Shown: piece after piece, positions 1-13,315 of the stretch
How the letters are laid out: each line of letters starts with the position of its first letter
How positions within the stretch are numbered: position 1 is the stretch's first letter
Origin: Octopus vulgaris
Lineage: Eukaryota
Reading direction: 5' to 3'
Length of the DNA: 64,000 nucleotides
NCBI GenBank assembly: GCA_951406725.2
Contig: OX597820.1
Span: forward strand, 930,001-994,000
The notes under the pieces: model-generated
The model's database searches: none
What the model saw: the letters and a program-made list of their open reading frames with translations, nothing else
What the model was told of the DNA's origin: nothing
Program-made: the position numbers and the translations under genes

Positions 1-126
1 AAGTCGAACTCAGTACGTAAAGTGCCCGAAGTATTTGGTCCGACATGTTAACGATTCTGCCACCACGCCATCTTATCTTGTATGAGATATAAATATATTA
101 TTATATTAGATTTTAAAGTCTATTAG

Positions 127-335
127 GGCGGCGAGCGGGCAGAATCATTAGCACGCCGGACAAAATGCTTAACCGCATTTCGTCCGTCTTGACTTTCTGA
201 GTTCAAATTCCGCCGAAGTCGATTTTACTTTTTATCATTTTGAGGTCGATAAAATAAGTACCAGTTGTGTACTGGGGTCGAGGCAATTGACTTGCCCCCT
301 CTCCCGAACTTGGTGGCCTAATGCCAGAATTTGAC
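127..335 (+). mobile_element. tRNA-derived SINE, family A (GGCGGCGAGC(T/G)GGCAGAATC...GAGTTCAAATTCCGCCG...GTACCAGT)
   Basis: Pol III B-box-like GAGTTCAAATTCC. Similar copies at 10066-10270(+), 29511-29720(+), 33272-33478(-), 36624-36741(-), 62798-62985(-), three adjacent copies at 20900-21510(-), and a partial at 1-68(-). Confidence 0.85.
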
Positions 336-1064
336 ACACAATATTTTAAAGTCTATTGCTTCTGTCCATGATTTGGAACCAATAACTGGATCCCTCTAGA
401 ACTCCAGTCTTTGTCTGTTTATCCTCCAACCAGGAGATTTCCAAGCAGAACATTATTATTTAGAACAACCTCAGCTAATTTATAGAATTGGGCTAAATCC
501 TGAATGCACTAAAATACCAGGTCAAACCGAAAAACAAAATAACTTGGAGCTGGTCCTGACATCTCAGCCAACAAATAGACATCTATGATTGCTCGAAATG
601 GCAATCAAATGTCCTTATTTATAAATAACATCACCTTAAAATAAGTATACTTGTTAACTAATGGGGTCTGAAATATTTCTAGTTCTCTAAAAAGGCGGGA
701 TGGCTATGGCTGGAATGCTTTTGATGCAGTGACGTATCGTGGGAAGTGTGACCCGTATAGGGCGGTGGAAAAGGGAATGGTGATAAACTTATGTTGAGGA
801 CATGTTACGTTTAAAGGAAGAGGGCAGCTAATTTGGCTCCGACATAGGTCGACCAAAACCCACGCTAAGCCACTGCTTTAGGGATTGGATAGTTTAATCC
901 CAAGCTGGACCCACAGGCTCTAAACAACAACAACAACCTCACTGACTTGGAAAATCCTCAACCCTAACTTTCTGTCTCTGTCTATTTATCTCTATCTCTC
1001 TGTCTGTATCTCTTTCCCTTTCTTTCTATCTCTTTCTATCTTTATCTTTCTATCTCTCTTTCTA

Positions 1065-1237
1065 CTATCGCTTAGGCTTCTCTCTCTCTCTCTCTCTCTT
1101 TCTATTTATCTCTTAGGCTTCTCTCTCTCTCTCTTTCTATTTATCGCTTAGGCTTCTCTCTCTCTCTCTCTCTCTCTCTTTCTACTATCGCTTAGGCTTC
1201 TCTCTCTCTCTCTCTCTCTATTTATCGCTTAGGCTTC
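1065..1237. repeat. Compound minisatellite: TATC(G/T)CTTAGGCTT + (CT)n, 5 units
   Basis: The motif recurs five times, separated by CT tracts of varying length. Confidence 0.85.
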
Positions 1238-1469
1238 TATTTCTGTAGACTTCTTCTTCCCAGTAACAAATGAAATGAAATCGAGTAAACAAAAGCCACG
1301 CCATTACATCAGGTTGTCACCTGAGCACGACATTGTCATCCATTGTCCAGTGAAAGACGAAGGATGCGGCCACGGTTTGCAGGTGGATAAAATGTTTTAT
1401 CTCAGTCGATTGTTATTGACAATTTGATGGTTTCAATCAATCCCCACCACCGCCTCTTCCCCTTTAATC

Positions 1470-1618
1470 TTTCCTTCTCTCTCTCCCCCCCCCTCTCTCT
1501 CTCTCTCTCTTTCGTAGTCCTTTTATCTTCATCTTTCTCCTTTTCTCTTTGTATGTCTTTTATCTCTCTTTTTCTCTCTGTCTCTCTCTTCCCCCACTAT
1601 CCATCTATCTATCTATCC

Positions 1619-1653
<35 letters not shown>

Positions 1654-1729
1654 CATCTACCTATCTATCTATCTAAAACCTTTTTATCTTTCGTTATCTT
1701 ATTGATTGCTTGTCCGATTGTATCTTTTA

Positions 1730-1777
<48 letters not shown>

Positions 1778-2150
1778 TCTCCCTCTCCCTCTCTCTCCCC
1801 CTCTCTCTCCTCCTCCTCTCTGCTTCTCTTCAGCCATACTCTGGCTTTCTCCTACGCTCTCTCTCTCTCTCTCTCTCTCTCAATCTCTCCCTCTCCCATA
1901 TTCTTTGTCTCCCTCCCCTCCCCACACGTAACCCCTCAAATAAATCAACACCCTTCATTTTTTTTGTGGTCTCATCTACCTTCCGCTCCACCTGTTAGAA
2001 ATAACACCCGAATCACCCTCAATCGTCTTCAAAACAACAACAACAAACACCAACAAAGCATATAAGACAGTGTAGTCCTAACGAGGAGAGGTGATCATGG
2101 CTGGAACGGCTTCGAACAACACAGCAGACCTACTACAACAAATACCACCA

Positions 2151-2184
<34 letters not shown>

Positions 2185-2426
2185 GCAACTATTGCTGCTG
2201 CTGCTGCTACTACTACTACTACTACTACTACTACTGTACACATTGTCATCTCTGTCGTCACACAATCACATTCGCTTTGTCTTTCTTTGATTTCTCTCTC
2301 TCTCTCTCTCTGTCTCTCTTTCTCTCACACACTCACACACATCCACACACACACACACACACACATTGTCTTTGTCTTACCCTTTCCTCTTTCTCACATG
2401 ACACGCACACAGACAAATACATACAT

Positions 2427-2463
<37 letters not shown>

Positions 2464-2733
2464 TACATACATATATATATATATATATACACGCATACAT
2501 ACGTGCGTACGCACATGCATACACATACGCATGGTTGCATGCATGCACTCACGTATAAATGCATATATTCACACACACAGTGAGAAAGGATACATGCACA
2601 CACATCGTTGCATACGCGTACAGATTCAACAGAGGGAGAGGGAGGGAGGGAGGGAGGGAGGGAGAGAGAGGGAGAGAGAGAGAGAGAGACACGTGCCTGT
2701 CAATGCACGTTCGCGTATCAACAAGCATTGAAC

Positions 2734-2774
<41 letters not shown>

Positions 2775-3125
2775 TTGTGTGTATGTGTGTGTGGGGGTAT
2801 ATCTGTGTGTGTTTGTGTGTACGTGAGAGGGAGAGAGAGAAAGAGAGAGAGAGAGAGAAGGGAGAGGAGAGAGAGAAGGGAGAGGAGAGAGAGAAAGAGG
2901 GAGAGAGGGAGAACTATGTGGACAGAAAGAATAGAATATTGACAGTGAAAGGGAGAGAGAGAGAGAGAGGAATGGGATATAGACAGAGTAATAGTTTGAA
3001 TATGAGAGGAATAATGCGATAGAGTGAGGGACGCACATACACCTGTGTGTGTGTGTGTGTGTGTGTGCGTGCGTGTGTGTATGTGTGCGTGCGTGTGTGT
3101 ATGTGTGCGTGCGTGTGCGTGTGAT
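1470..3125. repeat. Microsatellite cluster: (CT)n, (CTAT)n, (TAC)n, (CA)n, (TA)n, (GA)n, (TG)n
   Basis: Direct reading. Representative of dozens of similar tracts through the window, e.g. 4450-4620, 13915-14045, 39690-39960, 50505-50790, 59810-59960. Confidence 0.97.
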
Positions 3126-3944
3126 GTTGCCGAATGCGAGTCCATAATTTCTTATGTTAATTCATGCTTGCATGCTTCTCTATCGATGTCGGTAATGATA
3201 TAGGAGTTCTCTCTCCCGAGCCTAATAATGGTAGCTCTGTATCTATGTTGGGTGAATTACTGCCTATTGTTTGTTTAGCTCCAGGTCAGTCCCTGATCCA
3301 GCAGGCTTACAACCCGACGCGTTCCAGCCGTGACCACCGCACCAGATTTAGCTATTATTCTTAGTAGATAGAGTGATTCAGTAGCGACGTCATGTGAAGT
3401 GATTCGCAGGAATCGTGTGTTGAAGAATAGCAGTTCTTGGAAACGGAAAGCCGAAGCGAAGTGTTTTTAAGTACGCGACCTCAATTGGAGTACAAGGAAG
3501 AAGAGAGCCAGCAGAATTGAGGAGACTCATAAACGGTCCTATATAAAAGAATAGAGCCGTGTAGATTTTTTTTTTTTTTGCTACTAAGAGGTTCTGGGTT
3601 CGAATCTACCGTACTGTACCCTGGGGCAAGTGTCTTATTTTCTAATTTGATTAATGCCAAGTAGAAATTAAGACATGGAAATTATAGAAATTCCTGGGTG
3701 TGTGTGTGTGTGTGTGTGTGAACATATTTACATATGAATATGTAAATGTATGTTTGTGAATATATATGTATGTATATATGTATATGCATGTATCCTCTCT
3801 CCCCTCTCTCTCTCTCTGTCCCTCTGCGAGCATTTAATGTATTGTGTCCTTTTATATCTCGTAAAATAGCTGTTCGACAAATAAACATCGATAAAATAAG
3901 TACCAACATGAAATAAATCGTTATGATGACAATATATATGTGTG

Positions 3945-3988
<44 letters not shown>

Positions 3989-4472
3989 CATATAGAAAAA
4001 TGAAAGAATAAAAACTTGAATGCGGTGCCCCAGCATGGTCGCACAGTGATGTAACTGGAATGTGTGCTGCTCGGGGTGGCCATCGAGATGACCATCCTCC
4101 ACCGGGCCCCCAAAACTATCGAAAAGCACCGCCCTCATAGAAGCGTCACCCGATGCGGACCACCTCCTCGTCACCCCCCAAAAAACACACGAATGTAGTC
4201 GCGGTCTAATTAATAAAACTTGTCAACAATAAACATAATTAATAGAATACAGTAAAGCACATCGTGACGCTTTGCAATTGTCCTTTAAAGCAGAAATAAT
4301 ACACGATTATAATCACCTTTTGTGTTAATTAGAAATGTTGTATCATAAAGTATTTATTATCAAAAAATTTCCTTCTACATTTACCACGCAGTGTAACAGT
4401 GTCATGGACCAAGTTGTGGGTGTTTGACAAATGTTTGACAGTTACATATATAAATATATATATATATATAAA

Positions 4473-4583
<111 letters not shown>

Positions 4584-4676
4584 TTATGTATGTGTGTATA
4601 TATATATATATATATATTATATACGCCTTAACAAAAACAAAAGTGAATAGCTAAATAGCTATATGTTTACACACAT

Positions 4677-4728
<52 letters not shown>

Positions 4729-4804
4729 CTATATTGGTAAAAACGGTAAGATAACAAAAGAAAGAAAGAAAGATTGTCACATATTTTTTTACAGATGTAT
4801 ATAG

Positions 4805-4859
<55 letters not shown>

Positions 4860-5209
4860 TATGTATGTAGGCTTCAAAGAACCTGTATGCAGTTGTGGTA
4901 CGATAATATGTAATTGATTGAACACATGACTACAGGATTGTCAGATTAATTTCACTGAAACTAGCACAAATGTGAAAGGAAGTAAAAGTGCGGCGGGGAT
5001 TTTGCTGTGAAATAGACAGACAGACTGACAAACAGGGTGGATGGATGGATGGATGGATGGATAGATAGATAGGCTGAGAGAGGCAGAAGGACAGAGGGAT
5101 ATAGACAGAGATAGGTAAACGATATGACTCCTGGTCCAGACGCAAAATCGTAATTTGAAAAACCAAAATCATTTAATTGAAATAATATGTACGTGTCCTC
5201 ATTGAAATA

Positions 5210-5290
<81 letters not shown>

Positions 5291-5367
5291 ATTAAAGATT
5301 TATATTGATATCGGATTTATCCACACTCATGCCTTGCTATCATAGAAAAAGCACTCCTTTGTATATT

Positions 5368-5573
5368 CAGTCATCTCTCGACTATCGCGGGTTTTTCGTT
5401 CCAAAAGCTCTCACAGAAATAATTACAATCTAAAAATATATAAATACCTATCGGCCGCAGAAACCCGCGATATACTGAGGAGTCCACGATATAAATTTAC
5501 ATATATTAGCGAGAAAAATCCGTGATGTTGTGAGTGTGCAATACGTGGACCGCGATATGGCGAGGAGTTACTG
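5368..5573. mobile_element. Tigger/pogo-like MITE
   Basis: Imperfect TIRs CAGTCATCTCTCGACTATCGCGG ... CCGCGATATGGCGAGGAGTTACTG, followed by TA. About 205 bp, non-coding. Confidence 0.6.
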
Positions 5574-5585
5574 TATGTATATGTA

Positions 5586-7284
5586 CAGACTGGGAAAAAT
5601 AGTGAAAACACCTTGTTAAACGGAAGTCTTATTATCTCATACTCTGCCCTCATCCCCTTTGTTATCAATCAACTTTAATACGACGAGTCTCCAGGTAAAA
5701 CTTGCTTTAGCTCTTCCTGCGACAATGGTGGAAGGAAGCGATTCTTCACTTGCTGCTCCATATATATTTCCTTATATTGAGACCCAGTGATCGTGGGGCC
5801 AAGCAGAGTGGTGTGATTCCTTCTTATGCTCGCCATAACAATTTTGAAGAACGTTAGCCGTGCGAATCGTCCTGGAAGATTGCGCTGCCGTCAGGAAACA
5901 ATGATTGTAACATAGTGTAGCAGAAATATGTGATGCCTTTATCAGGTTTGGTTGTTTAAGCTGAAATACTGCAGAATAGGCTCAACAGACCCTTTTCTTT
6001 CCACCGAGTCACATGACCCAGTGGCTTGCCAAACTAGTTGCATGTATTGGTCGGTTACTAACTGTCCAATCGCGTGTTTGCAGCAGTTTGTTTTCAACGC
6101 GTGAAAGACCACTTTGTCTCTGGAGCCAACCCAAGGTTATAAAAACCCTTTTATTCTACTTCCCTCGGTTTTTGGCAGCAGCCAACGCCCACGCACACCA
6201 CGTCTCACGGCTTTCTTCAGCCAGCCTTCTCCAGTCTTCATCGTCACCGCAACAGACAGCAGACCACAGCCACATCAACAGACCCAGCAGAACTGAAGCC
6301 ATTTAAATCCTTATTTCAAACAAATATGATTAGCATTTCTCTTTCGGCACTTTATAGCGAGTGGAATAAATCATCGTTTATTCAACTTATTCAAATCTTA
6401 TAGTTTGCTCCTTTTTTCCTCGCTAAAACACGATGGATATGATTCAGCAAAAATACTCAGGTAATCCTTGGCGTTAACTCTGCTTCATAGAACAACTAAA
6501 AGGCCAAGAGAATTCTGTCATATGGCTGCCCAAATCGTTACTGAGGCACCTGTTTCACAGTAAGGACCCAAAACTCAGGGTTGAAGGCTTCTTTATGCTG
6601 TCTCCAGGCATAAACTCGTCCCGAAGCGGGATAAAGGGCAACTGATGATTCTTCAGAGATGATAATGTTCCACTGAGCCATCGACCATTTCTGATAGTGC
6701 AGACACCATTTCACCCCCACCCCGTTGATAGAGAACAGGAGAGGTTTCTCAGTTGCGGCCCTCCCATAGTATTCAGCTTTATATGGCTCACCACTCACGA
6801 TTTTCGTTGACACATGGGTTAGCAAGGTAAGGGGTTAACCTCTGCTGCTACTTTTGCTACGGTACTTCAATGATTTTTAGACACAATTCGCTGCTTCCCT
6901 ATTTTGCGGGACCTCTCTGTAAGCTCTGCCCTCCGTCCAGACTTACGCTCTCTAGAGCTGGTTTTATCTTGGTTTTGAAATGCCAACACGATTTTAGACG
7001 TTGTACCTCTCGAAACATTAACCAGTTCAGAAAGTCTATAGTGACTGAAACTCTAGCCATTTGCACTCAAACAATTTGTTCTCTTTGGGAACAGAAGGGT
7101 CGCGTGTTTTAACTCATTTAAATATAAGTATCAACAGAAAGAAAGAAAAAAAAAGCGAGTTATATCATTAAATACAAGACATACAAAACACATTCACAGA
7201 CTTGAACACCTTTGAATTTTATCGTATTTCCAATAGCAAAAGAAAATACTTAAATTGATATTACCATCATTTGGTCCAACCCCG
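5586..7284 (-). mobile_element. Decayed Tc1-family DNA transposon, transposase pseudogene interrupted by a nested insertion
   Basis: Minus-strand translation gives Tc1-like blocks: YYGRAATEKPLL, KWCLHYQKWSMAQWNIIISEESS (cf. W..VIFSDES), GRVYAWRQHKEAF, GASVTIWAAI and RVNAKDYLSI. After the insert it continues MLQSLFPDGSAIFQDD, AWP, QQVKNRFLPPLS. Degenerate TIR-like ends at 5586-5612 (after TA) and 7257-7284. Many stops and frameshifts. Confidence 0.8.
5916..6430 (+). mobile_element. Solo-LTR-like insertion inside the Tc1 transposase
   Basis: Splits the transposase at about H-P-M-L-Q. Begins TGTAGC, ends GCTAAAACA (TG...CA). TATAAAA at 6138 and AATAAA at 6365 in LTR order. No clear TSD. Confidence 0.45.
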
Positions 7285-7339
7285 TGTGTGTGTGTTTGTG
7301 TGTGTGTGTGTGTTTGTGTGTGTGTTTGTGTGTGTATGT

Positions 7340-7391
<52 letters not shown>

Positions 7392-8217
7392 TTATTGGTC
7401 TGCTCAGTTGAGGTTGACCTCAAATAAAAGAACAGTAATAACCCCGAAAGTATTATCAATAGCTTCGCTTTACAGCAATGTTCCCTTCTAAATTTGCGGT
7501 CCAGACAACTGATTTGTGCTTTGTTCAGGACCGACCCTGGGGTTGTTCATACCAATTCAACTTATTCCAAATAGGTGCCACACATAATACATTGCATCAC
7601 TTTCACCATCGGCTGAAGGACCAGTTCATATTTGTCTCTCAACCAAAGGACACTGCGACACTGCCTCGTAACGAAGGTTTTTAAATTGTATATATATAAA
7701 ACAAATGGCAGATAAAATCGTAACAAATGCATTTAGTTGAGTGGAGGTCTGGGCGACGAAGAAAATGTCTAACTTTTCACTTGTGCGGTGTGGCTGCACT
7801 CCGTATAATCAGTCACACAAATATAAATTATACTCTTCTTTCATTTTTGTTTCTCTCTCACGTAATGCTTGCTTTTTCTTCTGTTTGTTCAAATCTTTAT
7901 TTCTATATTTATTTGTAGGAGAAGCTAACTAATCTTCTTCTGCTTCTGCAGATAACATTAACTAATTAATAATATACACAATCATATATACACATATAGT
8001 TCTCCCTCACCACCACCACCACCATCATCATCGCCGCCGCCGCCGCCGCCGCCACTATTTGCCTCCCGACATCAAAGGAAGGAAATAATTCTGTGAGAAA
8101 AAAAATGATAAATCTTGTCATATTTTCCTGCCAATCGAAAGAGGTGTGCGAGGGAGGGAGGGAGGGAGGGAGGGAGGGAGACAGTAGCTTCTCTCTCTCT
8201 CTCCATCTCACACACAC

Positions 8218-8267
<50 letters not shown>

Positions 8268-8310
8268 TGTGTGTGTGGATACGTAAGTACGTATACATAT
8301 GTATGTATCA

Positions 8311-8451
8311 TGTAAGCTTGCTTACCAACCACATGGTTCCGGGTTCAGTCCCACTGCATGGCACCTTGGGCAAGTGCCTTCTACTATAGCCTCGAGCAGA
8401 CCAAAGCCTTGTGAGTGGATTTGGTAGATGGAAACTGAAAGAAGCCCGTCG

Positions 8452-8512
<61 letters not shown>

Positions 8513-8652
8513 ACGTCTCCGTAAGTTAGCGGTTCGCCAAAAGAGATCGATAAGTACTAGGCTTACAAAGAATAAGTCCCGAGTCGATGTGTTCGACTAA
8601 AGGCAGTGCTCCAGCATGGCCACAGTCAAATAACTGAAACAAATAAAAAAGA
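8311..8652 (+). mobile_element. tRNA-derived SINE, family B, with internal microsatellite
   Basis: GGTTCCGGGTTCAGTCCC head, GGCACCTTGGGCAAGTG body, ...CCAGCATGGCC(A/G)CAGTC..ACTGAAACAA tail. The most abundant SINE in the window, with more than 20 copies or fragments. Confidence 0.85.
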
Positions 8653-8845
8653 GATGTGTGTATGTATATGTGTGTATGTATGTATGTATAAACAGTAATT
8701 TGACTGCGGTCAGACTGGGTGAATCGACCCCTGTAGTTTTTTTTTTTTTTTTTTGTAAGCCTGGTACTTATTCTATCGGTCTCTTTTGACATCCCGCTAA
8801 ATTGCGGGGACGTAAACACACCAACACCGGTTGTCTAGCGGTGAT

Positions 8846-8898
<53 letters not shown>

Positions 8899-9052
8899 AC
8901 ACACTGATCCTGCAGCCCTATGATCAAAGACAATCTAACCATGAACATCACTTTATACAATATGTACTTCCCATTAAAAGGCTGCACAGCCGCATCAAAG
9001 CTGCTGGAAATAGCAACAGACTCTCTCTCTCCCTCTCCCTCTCTCTCTCTCC

Positions 9053-9083
<31 letters not shown>

Positions 9084-10341
9084 CTACTGTGTTGTGGTTG
9101 ATGGCGGTGTTGTTGGTGGTGGTGGACGTGATGGTAGTGTTTGTAGTGGCAGTGTGGTAGATGGTTGCGGTGATGGTTGGGGAAGGGCGGGGAGGGCGGG
9201 GGTAAACAGGGCGCTGACTTCTTTGAAGATGGTAGCGGGGTGCACCAAATGCAGGTGAAGGCAAAGCTGTTTCTCTTGTTTAGAGGCGGCGGTGGCGGCG
9301 GTGGTGGCGGTGGTGGCCGTGGTGGCGGTGGTGGCGGTGGTGGCGGTGGTGGCGGTGGTGTTGAAGATTATGATGTAATTATGGCAAAGGTAAAAAAGCT
9401 GAAACCGTTTCGGGAGTGGTTGGTAAGGTTAGTGCTACGGTGCAGGTGTTAGTACAAGAAACGATTAAATTGTTGTTGTTGTTATTGCTGAGTACGTTGC
9501 CCTAACCGTCTTTTCAGTCAGTTCTAAAAATCGAGGGGAGAGGCTGACGATGGGCGGCACCAACCCATAATGCTTATTATTACCAAAGGTGCCGCGACAT
9601 GCCACAACTTCGGTTTCACATTTTATTTATTCCCATTTTTATTTTTACCTTTTACTTGTTCCAGTCATTAGACTACAACCATGCCTAATACACCACTTTA
9701 AAGAGTTTAGGTCGAATCCCTAAGTTATAAGGACGTAAACAAACCAACACATATTGCCAAGCGACGGTGGACGCACATACCACACACACACACTGAGTGA
9801 AATGACGGTGGGAGCTAATGAAAGACTTATTTAAACGATCACCTGAGGAAGTGCACTTTGAACGTTGGACGGATGACAATAACTATACATCTCCCCGATA
9901 TACTATGGGTGTCAAAATGTGTCAAAACACTTGTAGTGATTTTAAACGAAGAGTGTCAATCATTCCATTTTCTATCATTGATCTATTTATATAAACTGTA
10001 CAAATACGGTGGAATTCCTGAATTATATCCAGTAGAAGTATTCACACCGTATGATGACATCGAGTAGCCGAGAAACGTTAGCACGCCGGGCGAAATTCTT
10101 TGAGGTATTTCGTCTGCCGCTACGTTCTGAGTTCAAATTCCGCCGAGGTCAACTTTGCCTTTCGTCTTTTCGGGGACGATAAACTAAGTACCAGTTGCAT
10201 ACTGGGGTCGATCTAATCGACTGGAACCCTCCCCAAAAATTCGGGCATTGTGCCTAGAATAGAAAAGAATAACTGTGGATGAGATTTTCATAGCATCCTA
10301 CAAGGTTTATACTCGAATCTTATATATATATATATATATAT

Positions 10342-10873
10342 ATTAACAGTTATCGCCAAGCTAATATGGCAGTCCGTAAATATAGGACTAAAGCTGCCGT
10401 TGATTAGCTCCAAAGGCCCTCGCCTCTAGCTAGCTATATGACACACGAACCTGTGTCCATTATAACCTTCGAACAGGGGAGGTCAGCCGCTTCCCTTGCT
10501 GGTCAGACACCTGCAGACGTTTCAGGGTATTTTCCCCTTATCAATGCAGAGTAGCCAAACCCAGCAGGCGTCGCTGCTGACCGTCTGTTCGAAGGATTAT
10601 TTACCGAATTTCAGTGGAATACATCCACTGGTTTTCAAAAATAGAAATATTATTATTTCTAAGTTTCTCTAAAGGAGACTACGGCAGCGGTTCGAAGGTT
10701 ATAATGGCCACAGGTTCGTGTGTCATATAGCTAGCTAGAGGCGATAGCCTCTTGGAGCTAATCAACGGCAGCTTTAGTCTTATATTTATGGACTGCCATA
10801 TTAGCTTGGGGATAACTGTTAATTTCCAGTACCGCTGCCGTAGTCCCCTTTAGAGAGACTTGGAAATTTTAAT
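10342..10873. mobile_element. Penelope-like inverted pseudo-LTR structure with hammerhead motif, inside (TA)n
   Basis: 10342-10474 is the near-exact reverse complement of 10690-10823. 10649-10690 is the reverse complement of the tail 10832-10873. Hammerhead core on the minus strand at 10511-10549. Confidence 0.7.
10511..10549 (-). ncRNA. Minimal type-I hammerhead ribozyme, U3-A8 core variant
   Basis: Minus strand: CTGCA-TTGATAA-GGGG(AAAATA)CCCT-GAAA-CG-TC-TGCAG. 5-bp stem I, 4-bp stem II, palindromic ACGT stem III, GUC triplet. Confidence 0.7.
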
Positions 10874-11474
10874 ATATATATATATGGCATACATACACAG
10901 CGGGTTTCAACACAGTTTCCGTCTGTCACATTCTCAAGGCTTTGGCCGGCCTGGGGCTATAGTAGAAGGCACTTGTCCAAGTTGCTGTGCAGAGGGACCG
11001 AACCTGAAACCACAGAGATGCAAAGCGGGTAACTTAATCACACAACCCCCTCAATCTGTGTCCGATGCCACTCGTTCTCCCCCGTTTTCTGTTCAATTGT
11101 TACATCGACAACAACAGTTATTATCTGCAATAGTTACAACTACTAAAGCCATTCGAATGTCCCGACGCCCCAGCTTCCGGCTTTTCACACAAATTAATAA
11201 ATGAAATTTTAAATATATTATTGTTATAATGGTGATGTTGGTTGCTCTTCTGAGGTGCGGAGATGGCAGCCGACCGAAACTGAAGCACACAGACGATGTG
11301 TGTGTGTGTGTGTGTGTGTATGCGTAAATGTATATGTATGTGTTTTTGTGGATGACTATATGTGTATATATATATATCCATATTTGTGAGCGTGCATAAG
11401 TATGTGTGTGTGTGAATTTATGTCCATGTATGTGTATATGCGGATGAATATATATATACATATATGTATCTGTA

Positions 11475-11509
<35 letters not shown>

Positions 11510-11614
11510 ATACACATAAATGTACATACGCATTCACATTCACGATTTTAGTCATACTCTACGCACGTTTTTACAAATACTTTCTCACAGACATTCTCAA
11601 ACTCATTTCCTCCA

Positions 11615-11688
<74 letters not shown>

Positions 11689-11891
11689 GAAGAACAATGA
11701 TTTATAACTTGGTTAATTTATTTCCATGTTAATGGAGGAGCCATTTAGGAGGGAAAAGGACACGAAATTTTAAACGTAATTTAACTAAATTACATTGAGT
11801 AGCTGACATTCAGACAGCGGTGCCGCTAGATTGTGTGTGTACATGTATATGCCTGTGTATGCCTGTATTTGAGTCTGTTTGTCTGTTTGAA

Positions 11892-12177
11892 GGCGCATGG
11901 CTTAGTGGTTAGGGTATTCGGCTAGCAATAGTAAGGTTGAGTTCGATTCCGGCCTGCGTTGTGTCCTTGTGCAAGACACTTGATTTCATGTTGCTCTATT
12001 CCGCTGGCAAAAATGAGTAGTATTTGTAATTCAAAGGGCCGGCCTTGTTGGATTTTTAAGGTTACGCGTGTCTGTGGAGTGCTCAGCCACTTTGCACATT
12101 AATTTCACAAACAGGCTGTTCCGTTAATCGGAATCGGGTCATCTGGAACCCTCGTTGTCGTAATCAATGGAGTGCCG
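11892..12177 (+). mobile_element. tRNA-derived SINE, family C (short subtype)
   Basis: A box TGGCTTAGTGG, B box GAGTTCGATTCC, shared 3' body GTCTGTGGAGTGCTCAGCCACTT...GGAACCCTCGT. Related copies at 21586-21899(-), 57598-57897(+), 61650-61936(-). Confidence 0.85.
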
Positions 12178-12887
12178 GTATGTCTGCGCGTGTGTTGTGC
12201 AGTATGAAAAGTCTGACATGAGCAAAAATAGGAACACTCCAGCATGGCCCCTTCACTTGTGATGCTTTTAGCGGACTCCTTATTCTGTGGCAAGCATCTG
12301 AGTCAGGTTTCCAAATTGAGGATAACCCTTTCCTTCCAAACCCTCCCTTCCACTTATCTTGGAAGCCCTGTAAAAATGTTGGTCCCTTACACGGTAAACC
12401 ATGACGGGATTTGAACTCAGAAAGTAAGCAACCGGAACACCTGCCGCAATGCATCCGGTCTGATGTTCTTAGAGTTTCGGCAATTCACTGCCCCTGGTAG
12501 GGTTTTACCGACTAACAAACAATAAAGGCAAATTTGACATCAGCGAGGTTTGAACTCGGAGCGCAGAGACTCAAAGCAAATACCGACATCCTAAGTCATA
12601 ACAGAGCATCGCAGCCTTACATCTTAAATCACGAAACGGCGTTCCTTCGGTATTGGTCTAAAGAACATCGGTGTGAGGAGACGACGTCAATTCGCCCTCT
12701 TTCTCAACTGATTCCTTTTATCTGTGTCACGAAGGAAGGTTGTGTCTGAATGACGTCCGGGACAAAGACAGACGAAGGTCACCTTTGATCATACACCTGC
12801 TCAATCAACGATGACCTCCAGCTAAGCAGCAGCAACAACCACAACAACTTATGGATGAAATTACTTCAGCTAATATCCTGAATATTG

Positions 12888-13315
12888 GGCGCAAGAATGG
12901 CTGTGTGGTTAAGAAGCTTGCTTTGCAGCCATTGGGGTTTCGGGTTCAATCCCAATGTGTAACACTTCGAGCAAGTGTTTTCTGCACGGAGTCTTCCAAT
13001 GCCTTGTGAATGCATTTGGTTGAGAGAAACTGTGTGGAAACTGTGTGGAAACCCATCAGCTATATGTGTGTGTGTGTGTGTGCGTGTGTGTGTGTGCGTG
13101 CGTGTGTGTGTGTGCGTGTGTGTGTGTAATTGTCTAATTGTCCCACACTGCTTGACAACTGGTGTTACTTTGTATATATTCTCGTAACACAGCGGTTTGG
13201 CAAAGAGCCGAAAGAGTATGTATCAAACTGGAAGAAGGGGTTGATTTGTTCGACTAAAATCCTTCAATGCCATACCGTAGCATGGCCGCAGTCCAATGAC
13301 TGAAACAGGTAATAG
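12888..13315 (+). mobile_element. SINE family B, full length
   Basis: Head TGGCTGTGTGGTTAAG..GGGTTCAATCCC through tail GCATGGCCGCAGTCCAATGACTGAAAC. Confidence 0.8.

Noticed and set aside
1424-3145. Many overlapping ORFs of 60-200 aa (SLSL, YIYI, HTHT, CVCV, RERE), here and throughout the window
   Set aside because: They are translations of microsatellites that lack stop codons, with no domain or splice support.
9177-9452. Poly-Gly ORF (also 54536-54757) and poly-Met/Asp/His ORFs at 30985-31285 and 32573-32803
   Set aside because: (GGT/GGC)n and (GAT)n trinucleotide repeats; no evidence of coding.
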